A DNA stretch of 64,000 nucleotides from Mizuhopecten yessoensis (Eukaryota): contig NW_018408154.1 in NCBI RefSeq assembly GCF_002113885.1, forward strand, positions 808,297-872,296, given 5' to 3'. Shown piece after piece: positions 12,429 to 27,400 of the stretch (the stretch's first letter is position 1; each line of letters begins with the position of its first letter). Under the pieces are notes generated by a model. It was not told the origin of the DNA, searched no databases, and saw only the letters and a list, made by a program, of their open reading frames with translations. The position numbers and the translations under genes were made by a program.

Positions 12429-15400
12429 ATGAACGACCGAAATGACGATTTAATGAAATTTTTCTGGAAATTAGCTGAATATGATGAAAATTGCACAGTG
12501 AAAACTACAAAACAGCTATTGAGAAAGTTGGAAGATTCACAAAAGGACTACGTAAGTGTCTATTTTAGCTCCAGACGTTCGGGCAGCTGGTTGAAGCAAA
12601 GGTGTTTAGCACGCTCATTAGTCAAAGATCGATTATGACATACTATATATAGATTAAACACTTTTGGTTGCAGGGTGACATATCGGGATAACCCCGCTTT
12701 CATCCAATTATCTTGCCATCCCGATGATCCTAGCGCCCGGATGTGTACTACTAAAGTGTCAAAAATGTGGTCAGCACATTTCCTTACATCACTGTAAAGT
12801 CTGTTCTAGGATAACCCGTTAAGTAACATATCTTTCTACCCTGCAATCGATTGCCTGGTAACAACAGTGAACAGGATAGGTTTGGCACAGTAACTGTTAC
12901 CCAAAGACAGGATTATTGACCCCATAGATCGGTTGTCAGTCAGATAAATAAATTTATCTTCGTCTTGGATTTTGTAAACACTCTGCCACAGGCTAGTCAC
13001 AAAAGTGGGGCCTTTTTGTTAAACAGACAAACGGGTTCATCAATTTTGTAAATGGGATACTGGCATGCTATATCGGGGCGAACAGGACTTCAGGCAAAAT
13101 GATCTGACACGCGCCTGCCCGACATGCAACTTTAATGCAGGCTTTCAAAGTCTTGTCTAAGGCTCACCAGAAATCAACATCGAATCATGTGGTGCATCTG
13201 GCCTATTTCATAAACAAACAACTCTGGTCCAACCTTTTGGAATATGGTAAACAAAAGTAGCATTGGTGTGCAAGGGTGGGGAAGACCTTTTTAAAGTACT
13301 TTTCTCCCAGGCAAATGACCTGCTATAATGTACATTTTCACTTGCCCAGATAATATCACTAAATTGGAGCATGTTCTTGTAAAATATAGTTCCAGTGATA
13401 GAGCCTACACAGTTTCTCTATTTAGGTTTGGTTGGTTCTGTTTATCCCTTGCTTAGATACCACCCGGTAAGCTGGGTGATTGGTGAATAGGGGTAACTAA
13501 GTGTAGAATTCAATCGCAACAAGCTCGGGAAAAGTTGATTTTTTTTTTATTAGGAAACATAACATTAGACTGGTTTTGCCCGAACAGCAGGCTTTTTCAT
13601 TAATACTAGGTGTCTGCTAGTGCTAATATGTAAACATATTTCATAAACTGCCAACATTCATGATTGATGAATCCTTATGGCGTTTTGGTACTAGGTAGTT
13701 CCAGTACCTGAAAAGGATGTTTCAGTATATTTTTGTAAAGATGGAAATGCTGAAAAAGTGGTGAATTCCAAGAAATTGTGAAACAAAAGTCAGACCTAAA
13801 TATTACTAGAAATGATCTAATTGAAAATGACGATGGATCAGTTGCATATCATATAGTAAGGCCTGTCACTGTATCCTTATTTAATTCTTCCAACAAACAA
13901 ATAGCATCGTAAGCTTTATTCGTCTGGTGGTGAAATGAACTCACCTAGATAAGCAGTCAAGTGCTTTTCTCCACCCCTGGGTGTGGTAGTCACGATATCA
14001 TGACTGTCCAACCAGGTATTTCTGTTGTGCTTGTCAGCAATTTGACTTCTTTGCAATGCAACTTATAACAATGATTGTCATGCGATACTCCCCAGATCCA
14101 TCCTTTGTCCATGAGAATAAGATACTGTAATAGCTGAAGACAAAAATTTTGATACATTTTCTACTTGCTGATTCAATTTTAGCAAATCTGGATCCATCAA
14201 ATCACTAAATTAAAGCTTTACTGAATTGAGATACTCTGTTAAAATATATATTGCACTTTTGTAATGATGAATTGTGTAATGTATCAATGTATTGTATTGC
14301 AATAAAGGTATTACAATATGTTGGTTATTCATTAAAGATGCACTAAGCTAGCCATACAAAGATTCAAGCTAACCATACAAAGTTTCAACCTTATGCACAA
14401 ATGTCAAGAATTATTTGTAAGATATCCTTGATGTGTTTTTTTAAGGACTCGGTGGGAAAGGATTTGAAATACACACTGCGAAGACTTGTGAAGGGTGTAT
14501 CCTCCAACCGAAACTGTGCCCGACAAGGTTTCTCTGTGGCACTGTGTCAGGTATGTCAGGGTCAACAGAGCTTTAAAGACATGTTTTCATTAATAAAAGG
14601 GTAATTATATATGAAAAGGTCGTTTCAGTGTCATGAATGATGCTTAGCCCATTGTCAAGTTATTTATAGTCACTTAGCCCATTGTCATGTTATTTATAGT
14701 CACTTAGCCCATTGTCAAGTTATTTATAGTCGCTTAGCCCATTGTCAAGTTATTTATAGTCACTTAGCCCATTTTTATATAATAGTAATATAGTTATAGA
14801 GAAGACCTCATGGAAGGATGGGTTTGTAAGTAATTAGTTGCCTTCTATAAGTAAAGCATCATTATTATCGTGTTTGTTTTTCTGCAGATTTTGCGGAAAT
14901 TTACTGTCATCAGTCCAGAAAAGGTGCTAGCCTCAGTAACCAAACATCTCCAGCTGTCAAAGCAGGATGGCAAAGCTGTAAGTTAATGTACATTATATGT
15001 AATCGAGACCTCATCCATCCGATATCAGTAGATTGTTTTGATATTATAAACAAGTGTTACAATATCGGGCGGTAAGTAATACAGGATTACAGCTAGACAA
15101 GAAACACAACAATGATGTGTATATATTTGTATGAAGTTGTTATAATTATTACAAACACAGACACCACAGTGAGCAAATGAGCCCCCAATATTACATTATG
15201 AGTTCATTAATTATCTACATGGAATTGCTTTTTATTTGCATTTTGTTGAAAAAAGCTTTATATTTACTGAAATACATACCTGTACTTGTTTAAACTTTTC
15301 ACTCTATCCGTTGATTTATTTCCAGGATACTGGAAGTATCCTCCTAGGGAGAGCGATGGTGTACATGGCTCTGATCCAGTCGGGGAGACTGGCACAGGTA

Positions 15401-18400
15401 AGTCTTTACACAGGTGTGTGTAATATAATGTGAGTGTAGGTTTTGACCAAAACATATATATAATCTCCATTATTTTATAAAGAATATTAAACATCATCCA
15501 CCTTTATTGGCTCTACAATTTAGCATATCTGATCACTCCCATTAGTGAGGGTAATTGTTTTGTCTGTAATGCCTTGTTTTAGTGTTAATCTTGTAATTCA
15601 TGAAGTTATATAAGATATTATTAAGTTATGAACAGAAGGTTGCATGAACCTGGTATACTAAGATTGTATGAATGTATTGCTCAGGAAATGAATGGTATTT
15701 TTTGAAGGGTTCTGCTGAATGCATTAAAACAGTGGCTGGTCATCTTCAAGACATGAAAAGAAAACGTTCCTATCTCCAACAGATCTGTATTGGTGCCATT
15801 ATTCAACTCATAGCCCAGGTACACCTCATTCTCTCATTAAAGATTAATATGTTTTCTTCCCACTGTATATTCTGTAATACCTAGGCAAAAGACATTAGGT
15901 GATCATTTCTGCATGCTTTATTAGATTTTGACATCAGATTTGTAAAGATTGTAGGACATACTTGAAGAATAACCTTTTTGTAATCAGCTGCACTGATGAT
16001 GTCTGTTTAATCTTCATTGTGCCTTCTAATGCTATGATGATTCTTTGTAAAATTAGATGTAATATGTGACAGCTTTAAGCCAATCAATTTTGAACTCTCC
16101 TTTTTGAGTATACTGTTAAATGTTTACATAATCAGTTACTGATCCTCTCTAGAATCATAGAGGGTCAGTTACCATACCCTCACCACCTAAATATGTTACC
16201 TTACCCTCACCCCTAAGCATCTTACCTTACCCTCACCCTCAAAACATTTTACCACACTCCCTCCTTAAATAGCTTACCTCACCCTCACCCTCAAAACATC
16301 TTACCACACTCCCACCTTAAATAGCTTACCTTACCCTCACCCTCTCAAATTAAGGATACTTTATGAAATTAGATGTAATATGTGACAGCTTTAAACCAAT
16401 TAATTTTGAACTCTCCTTTTTGAGTATACTGTTATTAGTTACATAATCAGTTACCGATCCTCTCTAGAATCATAGAGGGTCAGTAAGATGTGTAGAGGGT
16501 GAGGGCACAGTCTGAGCTTTCGCTGAATCTTACCATACCCTCACCCCCTAACCATCTTACCATACCCTCACCCCCTAACCATCTTACCATACCCTCACCC
16601 CCTAATCATCTTACCACATCCTCACCCCCTAATCATCTTACCATACCCTCACCCCCTAAACATCTTACCATACTCTCACCCCCTAACCATCTTACCATAC
16701 CCTCACCCCCTAAACATCTTACCACATCCTCACCCCCTAAACATCTTACCACATCCTCACCCCGTAAACATCTTACCATACCCTCACCCCCTAAACATCT
16801 TACCATATTCTCACCCCCTAAACATCTTGCCATGCCTTCACCCACTAAACATCTTACCATACCCTCACCCCCTAAATATCTTGCCTTACCCTCACATCCT
16901 AAACATCTTTTCATACTCTACTCCTCTAAACATCTTATCATACCCTCGCCACCTAAACATTATACCCTCACACCCTAAACATCTTATCATACTCTTTATC
17001 CCCTAAACATCTTACTACACCCTCATCACCCAAACATTCTAACCATACCCTCGCCACCTAATCATTATACCCTCACACCCTAAACATCTTACCATACCCT
17101 CACACCCTAAATATCTTGCCTTACCCTCACATCCTAAACATATTATCATACTCTTATCCCCTAAATATTTCACCATACCCTCGCCACCTAAACATTATAC
17201 CCTCACACCCTAAACATCTTACTGACTTCGCTATATGAAAATGTTGAAAAGTCTTGCTCATATATAAAACGTGATTAAAACATCCTTATTATCAACCTCG
17301 CACCCAAATTCGTTTAAAACCAGAAGAAGACTTTTCTGTTGGTAGCAATATTTAGTTACTACAATTATTTGGTCTTAGCCCTTTCAACCCTATGTAACTT
17401 TAGTAGACTCTACCATGCATTGACCTGGATGAGTCCATTATGGTCTACAGTGGTGAAAGGGTTAATGGAAGCTCTAAAAATTCTTACTGGCTCACTATAA
17501 TTTCATAGAGGGTTACCATGTGACAATTATTGGCCAATGAATGAAAAGCATTCTTGTTCAGTCCAAAGTGCAATGAAAATACATAATGATCACTTTCAAG
17601 TTTCAAAGAGACATGCTTTCTGTTTAATGTAGAGTTGATTTACCATTGTACAAACATCCCAATAGGTTGATACCGAGAAGTTCCAGGAATGTGTGCTGCC
17701 ATGTATACAGAAAGAGCTGATGCAGGGCTGGGACAAGTGTTCTCCAGATTCCCTACTGCTGTTACTGGTGTGTCGCAAAAAATACAAGGTAAACACTACC
17801 CTATAGGTGAATCAGTGTTAGGTCGCCTTTTCTGTGTGTTCAGAGGATAGGTAAATTTCACCGAAGTGGGTTTTAAAATGAGTCCACATGTTTAATAATA
17901 CTGGTAATAGAGATATACTATATCCATATGTTATATGGTGAAAATCTATCCTACACATATGAATGAGACAATGAAGATATCAATTTCTCCCACCCTTTAC
18001 AGGCAAGTCTCTCGTTTTAACCGGGAAAGATCAGCTTGCCACCTCCTAGGGGAAGATGGCCTCGTGCCCATTAACATGTGTTCAATTGTGACGTCATTAA
18101 AATGTGTCACTGGTAATTGTGACGTCATCAAAAGTGAATGTCGATATGCATACCCCGTATGTGTTTCTGTTAATAAGCAAGGCAGACTACTTACTGTTGA
18201 TGGAGTTGTGACTGAATTATTAGGATGGGAGAAAATAATCATCCACTACCTTGAGGGTGTAACAGAGATATATCCAACCCGAGGGGTGATTTGTTTTGGT
18301 TGTTTAAACCTCGGCAGAGCCACAGGTTAGACAGCCAAAAAACATCACCCCTCGGCTAGGAGATTTCTCTGTCACACCCTTAAGATAGGGGAAGATTCTA

Positions 18401-21400
18401 TTAATCATTTGGTTTGGTTTGTTTGTGGGTTACGTCCTATTAACAGCTAGAGTGGTTTGAGGATGTGCCAGGTTTTGGCGATGGAGGAAAGCCTGTTACC
18501 CGGAGAAAATCTACTGATCTGCAGCCAGTACCTTGCGACTGCCCCATGTAGGCTTCGAAACCCGCAACCCAGTGGTGGTGGGCTAGTGATCGTAGACAGC
18601 CAGACGCCATAACCACCTGGTCACCACAGCCCTATCATCATCATACAACACTTATAATATGGCATTGGTATTTTGTGGAGTTTTCTTCACACAGAAGTAT
18701 GGGAAAATAAATATAAAGACTTATTTTTGCATGTACAAAGTACACCTGTACCGATACCCGTTGCATATATTTTCATATTTTCAGAATCTGATTGGAAAAT
18801 CGTTTCTCAAAGAGCATTGGAGTCGACCCAAAATCATCACAGAGAAAAACTTTGATAACATATGGCGTGTTGTGTTAGTAAGTATGACAATAAATGATAT
18901 CACACTTGTTCATCATTCTAAAATAATATAGGAATCTCTACACCAGAAGTACGTTCTGTGTTTCACAAAACATCCCTGTGGTGTCGAGATTCCTTTATTC
19001 TTTTAGTATGTTTTATTAGTAAGGCTCTCTATATAATCCACTCACGGATCCACCCTAGGACGTTACCGCAAAGTTCTACATAAGGAGTGTTGGATCACCT
19101 ATTATTTTTTACTTGTTCATCATGTACTGTTTGTGGACATTACAGTTCTCCTTGTTACTTAAGTTCCTCTGAGGGTTCAGGGGAGGAGGGGATCGCCTTA
19201 TGCATCCAATTAAGACTACTAATGTAGGACAAGATGTATTCTGAGGGACCTCTTCTTCTCTTACCCTGGACAGGTGTATCTGCACTTTTACCGGTGTGAT
19301 ATTTCCTTGTCTCACCCTAGGGTTGAGACGGGGGGATTCCCCTATTCATAACAATGGTATGACGTCACTTTGACAATACAATGACGTCACGTTGACAATA
19401 CAATGACGTCACGTCACAATCCATCAACATAACGTCAACCCTGAATTTAGCATGTAACGTTATCATTACAATGTGTATACGAAACACAATGGGAGAACAG
19501 GGTAAGAGAAAAATAATCATTCACCCCCTTGTGGGTAAGATAGGGAATCTCAACCCTCGGGGAAAGATTCTTAAGTTGCCAAACATAAGAATCTTCCCCC
19601 TCAGGTTAAGATTCCCCTATCTCGCCCCCAAGGGGGTGAACAATTCTATTATTCTGTGTCCTCAGCTCAGGAGAATTTGAAGAAACCAAATTCATCTGTT
19701 ACATCAATGGTAATACTTGATGTCTTTATTTGTCCTGACTGGTACTCAATCAGTCGGTCAGTCTTTGTGCCACTATGTCGAGGGCATATCTCGTATACTC
19801 TTGTCACATACAAATTACGAATTTCTACTTGCAGTAGAGGAGTTACTTTTGTGACTTGTACTGAAATAGGGTCTCATACCCCACTGTATAGTGTACAGAG
19901 TTATGGCCTCATTTCTGACACTTTGTCTGGAGGACAGGGGGGGGGNNNNNNNGGGGGGGCTGTGAATTTGCACACACTATTTTGTCATAGTTTTTCTTAT
20001 CTTTTCATACAACATTTTTACCTCCAGTATTGACACACATGATTCTTTTTCAGAAATCATCGGAGACTTACCCTGTGATACATCCAGTCACTCCAGAGGT
20101 CATAGAGCATTTTGTGAAGTCAGATGTGTCAGTAGCCGACTTCTGGTCTCGTGGAGTCAGTAAGTGTCTCTAAACCTCACATCACGCATCAGTTAATCCT
20201 TTCACTCCTATGTAACTTCAGTAGCCTCTACCATGCATTGATCTGGATGAGTCCATTTTGGTCTACAGTGGTGAAAGGGTTAACAAGATAAACTGTGCGC
20301 TGTGAGCACTGCCAGTAACTACTGTGTACTGTACAACAGAAAAAAATCATGTTGAAATATTTGACCGTTACCTGTAAAATCAATAAGTGCCCAGTGATAT
20401 TAATTTCCTATTCAGAGTGAAAATATGCTGTGTAGCGATGTGTATACTGAAATGTATTGTTATGATGAAGGTGCTATCGTATTGCATAGAAGGCAAAAGT
20501 TGGCATCAATAAACCATTTCTGGTATAAAGTGTCTCAACCAAACTTACAAATCTAACATTTCCTTTTATTACTGTCACACATTGCAAACCTTGGCCTTAT
20601 AGAATCACAGTAGATACGAGGATGTATTTACGTCAACGTGTGGTACTTTATATACAGGTACATGTATCCTTTGCAGGAGTCATGTGTTATTTTTGCGGTA
20701 GGACAAATCAGCAATCTCAATGTGTGTCAACATTGGTAGTTTAAACCTTAAAACTGCAGAGTCCATGCTATGTGACAGGTTGTGTGAATTATTAATCTTG
20801 AACATTTAAATAGGAAGATAACTGATTGAGATCAAAGTAGTATTATGTAATTATCACTGTATTATTTGTCCTCAGATCTGCTATTCTGTAGTAACCACAC
20901 ACGCTCCACCAATCTGGGACTTCATATACTCGGTGAAATAATTCCACACATCGTGACACCAGGGGAGGTAAGTACTGCCACTGATGGGGTTAACATTGCT
21001 AATACACATTTTCTGTCCTGGTAGTTTGGAAGATATGAAGATTTGTCTTGAAGAGGATCATATTTGTGTAACAGGAAAGGGAAAATGCACTGCCAGTAAT
21101 TCATTATTGTTTTGTTTCTTTATTTACGGTAATTTTCTAAAGATGTTACTCTGATATTCTCCAGTAAGTAAAAAGTTCTAATTTTCTAATAGGCCGAGTC
21201 TGTGTGGTGTCCGACAGTCCTGTCCGTACTGGTTCGACATATAGACAAGAAACTCAACAAGGATAACCCTGTACATGCTATGGCCAGCAAGGTGGTGAGT
21301 TGACAAATAGTTAGTTATGTTTTGTGTACCTGTATAATCTGTAGTTATAAGTCTTATTCAGTGTGACCTTTGACCTTAATACTTCCTGTAGTGGGGCCAG

Positions 21401-24400
21401 ATTCCTTTTTCACATAGAAGATATAAAGCTGAATTAATAGCATTTCTATTTTAATTGATCAGTGGAACATGAAAGTTGCTATTATACTGTCATGTTCCTG
21501 TTAACCAGAATGCTTGACCGTCAAGCATTTTTGTACCTCTTCTTAGGAGAGTGATGATATAACAAGAAAATTCATTCATTCATAATTTTAGGTAGGTATT
21601 AGACTTAGACATTTCCTCTCTGATTTCACATGTAGATTTAATAAAAACACTAATTGAAATAATATGTACATTAGTACAGGCAAAGTTGTGTATTATATGC
21701 TAGAGAAAACATACAATCAAGATGGTCATTATTCTAAATGAGGTGTAATTGTATAAAATGCAGTTTTGGTAGACAGTTCTTGGTATATTAAAACTAGTAG
21801 TTCTGTTTTTAAGCATAAAGTGACTGACTAAATTCGTTGTTAATCCCACAGTTATTGTGTAAATCTGTGGAATGTCTATATAAACTAGTACATTTTATTT
21901 TTGTAGACCAACAGTTTGGTAACATATCTCCAGAAGTGTGGCGATGGTAAGATACAACATGCAGTGCTGACAAAACTGTTTGATCTGAAGGGTGAGAGAG
22001 TAAGCACAGATATGAGCCGAGTGATTGAGAGGATCACACTAAGTGTAAGTCATGTCAGTATGTACAGGGGTCACTGTAGACTAACAGAGGATCACACTAA
22101 GTGTAAGTCGGAATCAATGTCAAGGGGTCACTGTAGACTAACAGAGGGGCACACTAAGTGTAAGTCAGAATCAATGTAAAGGGGTCACTGTAGACTAACA
22201 GAGGATAACACTAAGTGTAAGTCATGTCAGAATGTACAGGGGTCACTGTAGACTAACAGAGGGGCACACTAAGTGTAAGTCAGAATCGATGTCAAGGGGT
22301 CACTGTAGACTAACAAAGGGTCACACTAAGTGTAAGTCATGTCAGAATGTACAGGGGTCACTGTAGACTAATAGAGGGTCACACTAAGCGTAAGTCAGGA
22401 TCAATGTCAAGGGGTCACTGTAGACTAACCGAGGGTCACACTACGTGTAAGTCATGTCAGTATGTACAGGGGGCACTGTAGACTAATAGAGGGTCACACT
22501 AAGCGTAAGTCAGGATCAATGTCAAGGGGTCACTGTAGACTAACCGAGGGTCACACTACGTGTAAGTCATGTCAGTATGTACAGGGGTCACTGCAGACTA
22601 ACAGAGGGTCACACTAATTGTAAGTCAGAATCAATGTCAAGTTGTCATTGTAGACTAACAGAGGGTCACACTAAGGGTAAGTCAGAATCAATGTCAGCAG
22701 GTCACTGTAGACTAACAGAGGATCACACTAAGTGTAAGTCTGAATCAATGTCAAGGGGTCACTGGAGACTAACAGAGGGTCACACTAATTGTAAGTCAGA
22801 ATCAATGTCAAGGGGTCATTGTAGACTAACAGAGGGTCACACTACGTGGAAGTCATGTCAGTATGTACAGGGTTCACTGTAGACTAACAGAGGGTCACAC
22901 TAATTGTAAGTCAGAATCAATGTCAAGTTGTCATTGTAGACTAACAGAGGGTCACACTACGTGGAAGTCATGTCAGTATGTACAGGGTTCACTGTAGACT
23001 AACAGAGGGTCACTCTAAGTGTAAGTCGTGTCAGTATGTACAGGGGTCACTGTAGACTAATAGAGGGTCACACTAAGCGTAAGTCAGGATCAATGTCAAG
23101 GGGTCACTGTAGACTAACCGAGGGTCACACTACGTGTAAGTCATGTCAGTATGTACAGGGCTCACTGTAGACTAACAGAGGGTCACACTAAGTGTAAGTC
23201 AGAATCAATGTCAGCAGGTCACTGTAGACTAACAGAGGATCACACTAAGTGTCAATAAATCAATAATGTATTAATTAAGGATATTTGGGGCAGAGGAATG
23301 AGGCCAAATAGCAGAATTTGGATTAAATTAAAAAAACAAAAATGTTTTGAATATGGATGAAGAGATGAGAATGTATTTGGTGTTGAATAGCTCCAGTTGA
23401 AGGTGCTAGGGGATTCATTAACATACATATGGTAAATGAAGGGTATAAATCTTACCATGGGTGAACTTTTTCTGACACAATAATAATTTTCCTTGTTAAA
23501 ATACAAAAACTATTTTTATTTTCCAGTTGACATCAGATGGAGCTGAGCGTTATGGAAATTTCTTAATGAAATACTTTGCTGACACTATTGAAAGGAGGTA
23601 TGCTTTTAGTTCTAGTTTTGTCAGATTGGTTTTACCTGTAGATATTAATGGATTGATTGGGGATTGAAGTCAAGGTTCTTCACTGCAGATGATCATCAAT
23701 ATCCATCTCCTGGCTATGATAGGGGTGTTATGGTCTCATTCCCTGTGACACATAGTCAAATAGTATCTTGATGACTTGTTAACAAAGTTATTGAAACTAA
23801 CTTCAGAATGAATAGATTTGGTAATGATATCCATTTGGATGTGCTGGAGTATTGAGCTACTATAAAGTAACACCTGAAACAGAAATAAATGTAGAAATTA
23901 TCATGCAAAGGTGAAACAAGTTCAGGCCATATATTCTTGCATGTTGCTGAAGAATATATTTCTATATATAGATATGTATTGTGATGTGTTGTGTTAGATA
24001 TGCTTTTACTGACACTGATTGGTCATTATTCTGTTTACAAGCTATGCCTACTTACAGGGATAACCAAGAAGAGCAATGGTCAAGGAAGGTCATAGTTCGA
24101 ATGAAGGACGTCATTTCTGAAGTGCGGAATCTAGTCACTCTAAACAGTACTTGTACTGATCATGACCGTCAGCTACATCTGTTACAGTTTCTAGCCGTAC
24201 ACTCGTTCTGGGTTGTGAGCAGACGTACGGAGGTAGTCCATGTAAGTGCATACTGTGTCTGATTGGCCATGAGATCTAGAGTGTTGGGCAGGGTTTGAAC
24301 TCTGTTGTGTTGGTAGGTACTGGATTGACTCCCCGCAATGTGTCGGATCTTTGAATAGGGTCTTTGTGTCGAATCTCTGAAGAGGGTCTTTATGTCGGAT

Positions 24401-27400
24401 CTCTGAATAGGGTCTTTGAATCATAGGTTAACGTTATACAACATGAACATTCAACTGACTGTTCTTTTCAAGTCAACCATCTATTTCTAAACTTAGTGAG
24501 AACACTGAAATATCTGTTTAACTTGTTGTATTTTCCCTAAAACATTAATTACCTTTTCCTTTCCCTTTAAATTTCACTTTCTGTATTTGTCCTTTTCAGA
24601 TTTCACTATTTTCCCTGTCATATGTAACTAGCTGTATATATTAAGTGTAAGTTGTACCTTGTTTGATATTTCAGTGTACACGGACCAACAGAAGTATAGA
24701 TAATGTAATGAGGAAACATATACAGGATAACTTCTTCAAAGCCCTTAACAATCTTCTTGTCTATAAAACAGGTAATGTATGTTCTTTGCTGTGGTCCCAG
24801 GTTTTTGAAACATTTCAGCTTCTGTAGAATAGTTGAGGTGATATCAACATGCTGTTTATTAATTCCAGACAAAGTGTTTGTTGCTTTTCAAGTTAATTGG
24901 AAAATCCAAAATGTAAGCCATAGACAAATTGGGCGAGACATTTTCAAATTTTTGTCATGAACCGCTACAGCATTTTACTCCAAACTTAATACAAATGTTT
25001 ATTATGAAGTTCTTACCAAGTGTTTTTACTTTTTATGCCAATTTGAAATTCCCAGGTGGCACCCTTGCCTCTGATTGACTGTGATGTATTATCCTTACTT
25101 CCCCAGCTGTAGTGCTCGACCTTACACTTGTAACAATTGTACACCCTCACCCTAGTATAGGGTTATGTAGCAGTCACGTAGTCGGTGCATGTGTGTGTTC
25201 ATCTGTATTAGACTAGTATAGGGTTATGTAGCAGTCACGTAGTCGGTGTGTGGTCATCTGTATTAGAAAGCTGGTGTACAAGATATCACATGAACCCCTA
25301 AACACATGTAGTCCTGTTTATATTTTTGTGGTCATTGGTCAAGGTTAAAGGGTCAAAGTTCACTGGAAAAGTGGGCTGGAGGAAGAGGGGGTGGGGGTTA
25401 TCTATGCTCTGCTCACTTTGTTTTTATTCTGTATATGGTTCTGACCAAAGTCTCCACTGTGAAAAATAGTATTTTCCATCTCTGAATCATTTCTTGAAAA
25501 CTAATTACCATGCAAAGTTCAAACTTGGTGTGTGGGTAGCCCTAACCCTAGCCCTAGCAGATACAAAGAATCTTACTGATTTTTGCTGTGGTACACTAAA
25601 GGTCATGGTCACTTTTGGTAAAATAGAGTTTTGCTTGAACAGAGGTTGTTCAACTTAAAAGCCAATCATTATACAAGGTTTAAAATCTGCATTTCATATC
25701 CAGAAATTGGTATTACCTCCACATAGAATTATTCTAAAACGGATTGTTCAGATTTCTGCATGAGTTACCTGCACTTCTTGAACACAAGTCCATGGTGGAT
25801 TGATAGTAAATCCCCTCAATGCAGCCCCTGGTGGCTATCACATTTACAGAGTATATATGTTTCATATTACAGAGAAGTCAAAATCTACCTCTGTGATTGC
25901 GTATATACACACAGGACAACGGCTGATACAGTATATGCAGGTACGTTCATGTATACATAGACATTCAACCCATCTATAGCTACTGCTCGGAGGATGGGTA
26001 TAAAATCATGGTGTCACTGAAAAGTTTCTATTCAATAACATTACAAAAATAAAAATGACTATATCTGAACTATCAAGGAAGATAAAAATACAAAGAATTA
26101 TATTGGATGAGAATAAATGATATATATTTTGTTCCTGTCTCAAGATTTTTGATTGTCATCATCTGTTGTTATACATTCATTTCATGTCACATGGCTTTTG
26201 TTTGTTTTAACATCAATTATTCATTTGTTGCAAATGCTGCACCCTAAGTGATAATTATAAGCAATTTAGAATCTTTGTGTTTTTGGCAGACATTGATGAA
26301 GAGTGATAATGCTGCTATATGCCTGGTTATGGAGCAACAAGATAAGGTATACATTTACTGTTAAAACTAGACTTGTAAGGTTTTCGACAAGGTTATTTGT
26401 AAAGCTGGAGTCTGGCTGTGTAGCTGGCTAGACAATACTGGAAGCTCGCTACTCTGAGACTAGTGAAATCTTCAGCTGGACTAGGGGTTCTGAAAACCGC
26501 TAGCCAGATTGACTAGTCAAAATTTGATGTTTTTGAACATGTTGAATAATATTGGGTAATAAGTGGAATTTGTACATGAATTAGTAACAATGGAAAATAT
26601 TAGCCTGACTGAAGAGTAGCTCTTAAAATTAATTTCTAGCCTGTTGAGGTGGAGAGCATGTGAGAGTAAATATCTGGTGAAGACCTTTGGACTTCTGTAG
26701 TAAATAAGTAATACAGTGATATTACACACTTCACATTTACACTGCAAAGAGGTAGTGATATGTATGTTGTCATAATCAAGCTGATGTGTCCCCCCCCAAA
26801 TGTTTTAGATACCTCGGGAGTGGAAGGCAGATTGGAACAAGGTGCTGGAAACTATGGAGTCTGTTCAAACTAAGGTAAGAGCTAGCTGTATTAACCCTTA
26901 GGCTGCTACGCGCCACAATTGTAATTTCGATAAGTCGGGTCGTCAGTGCTACGCACCGCATATGTGGCTCTCGGTCTGTAGGGTTTTGATCAGTAAACAG
27001 GAAGTGTGAAAGCGGATTGTTGCTATACCAAACTCGAACGCGTATAGTAGAAGGTTTCTGATTGGTTGTTTTGTCATTACTTTCGATATTCCCGGCAATG
27101 TACCCTAGTAATAACCAAAGGTGTGCGAGATAATTTCAAATCGGAAACAACGTCATAAAAATGGCAGACGTGTAGATTGAAGTGATGAATATAATGGTAA
27201 ACATTTATTCTCCAGCGTCACCTTTGATGATAATAAAGGTTTTGAAGGGTTTGACATGGTTGATGTGGAAACACTTCGGTGTAACATAATATGTAACTTT
27301 CCAATGAACGGCTTTGTGCCCTACGCAAACATGAAAATATCGGCGGACCGAGGCGCACATGTTGTCTGCAGGTAAGGCCGAATTGAACATTGACATTGAT

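Noticed and set aside
16499-16978. Pro-rich 159-aa extensin-like ORF
   Set aside because: Translation of a 27-bp intronic minisatellite; no splice or phase support.
19937-19959. G-run with Ns (also poly-C at 5910 and 45079, N at 6231)
   Set aside because: Homopolymer or assembly-gap features with no supportable function.
21547-21627. Possible intronic C/D snoRNA (GTGATGA..CTGA; ACTTAGACAT resembles antisense to the 18S 5' region)
   Set aside because: The putative guide is not adjacent to the D box, the terminal stem is weak and there is no clear C'/D'; would need snoscan or Infernal.
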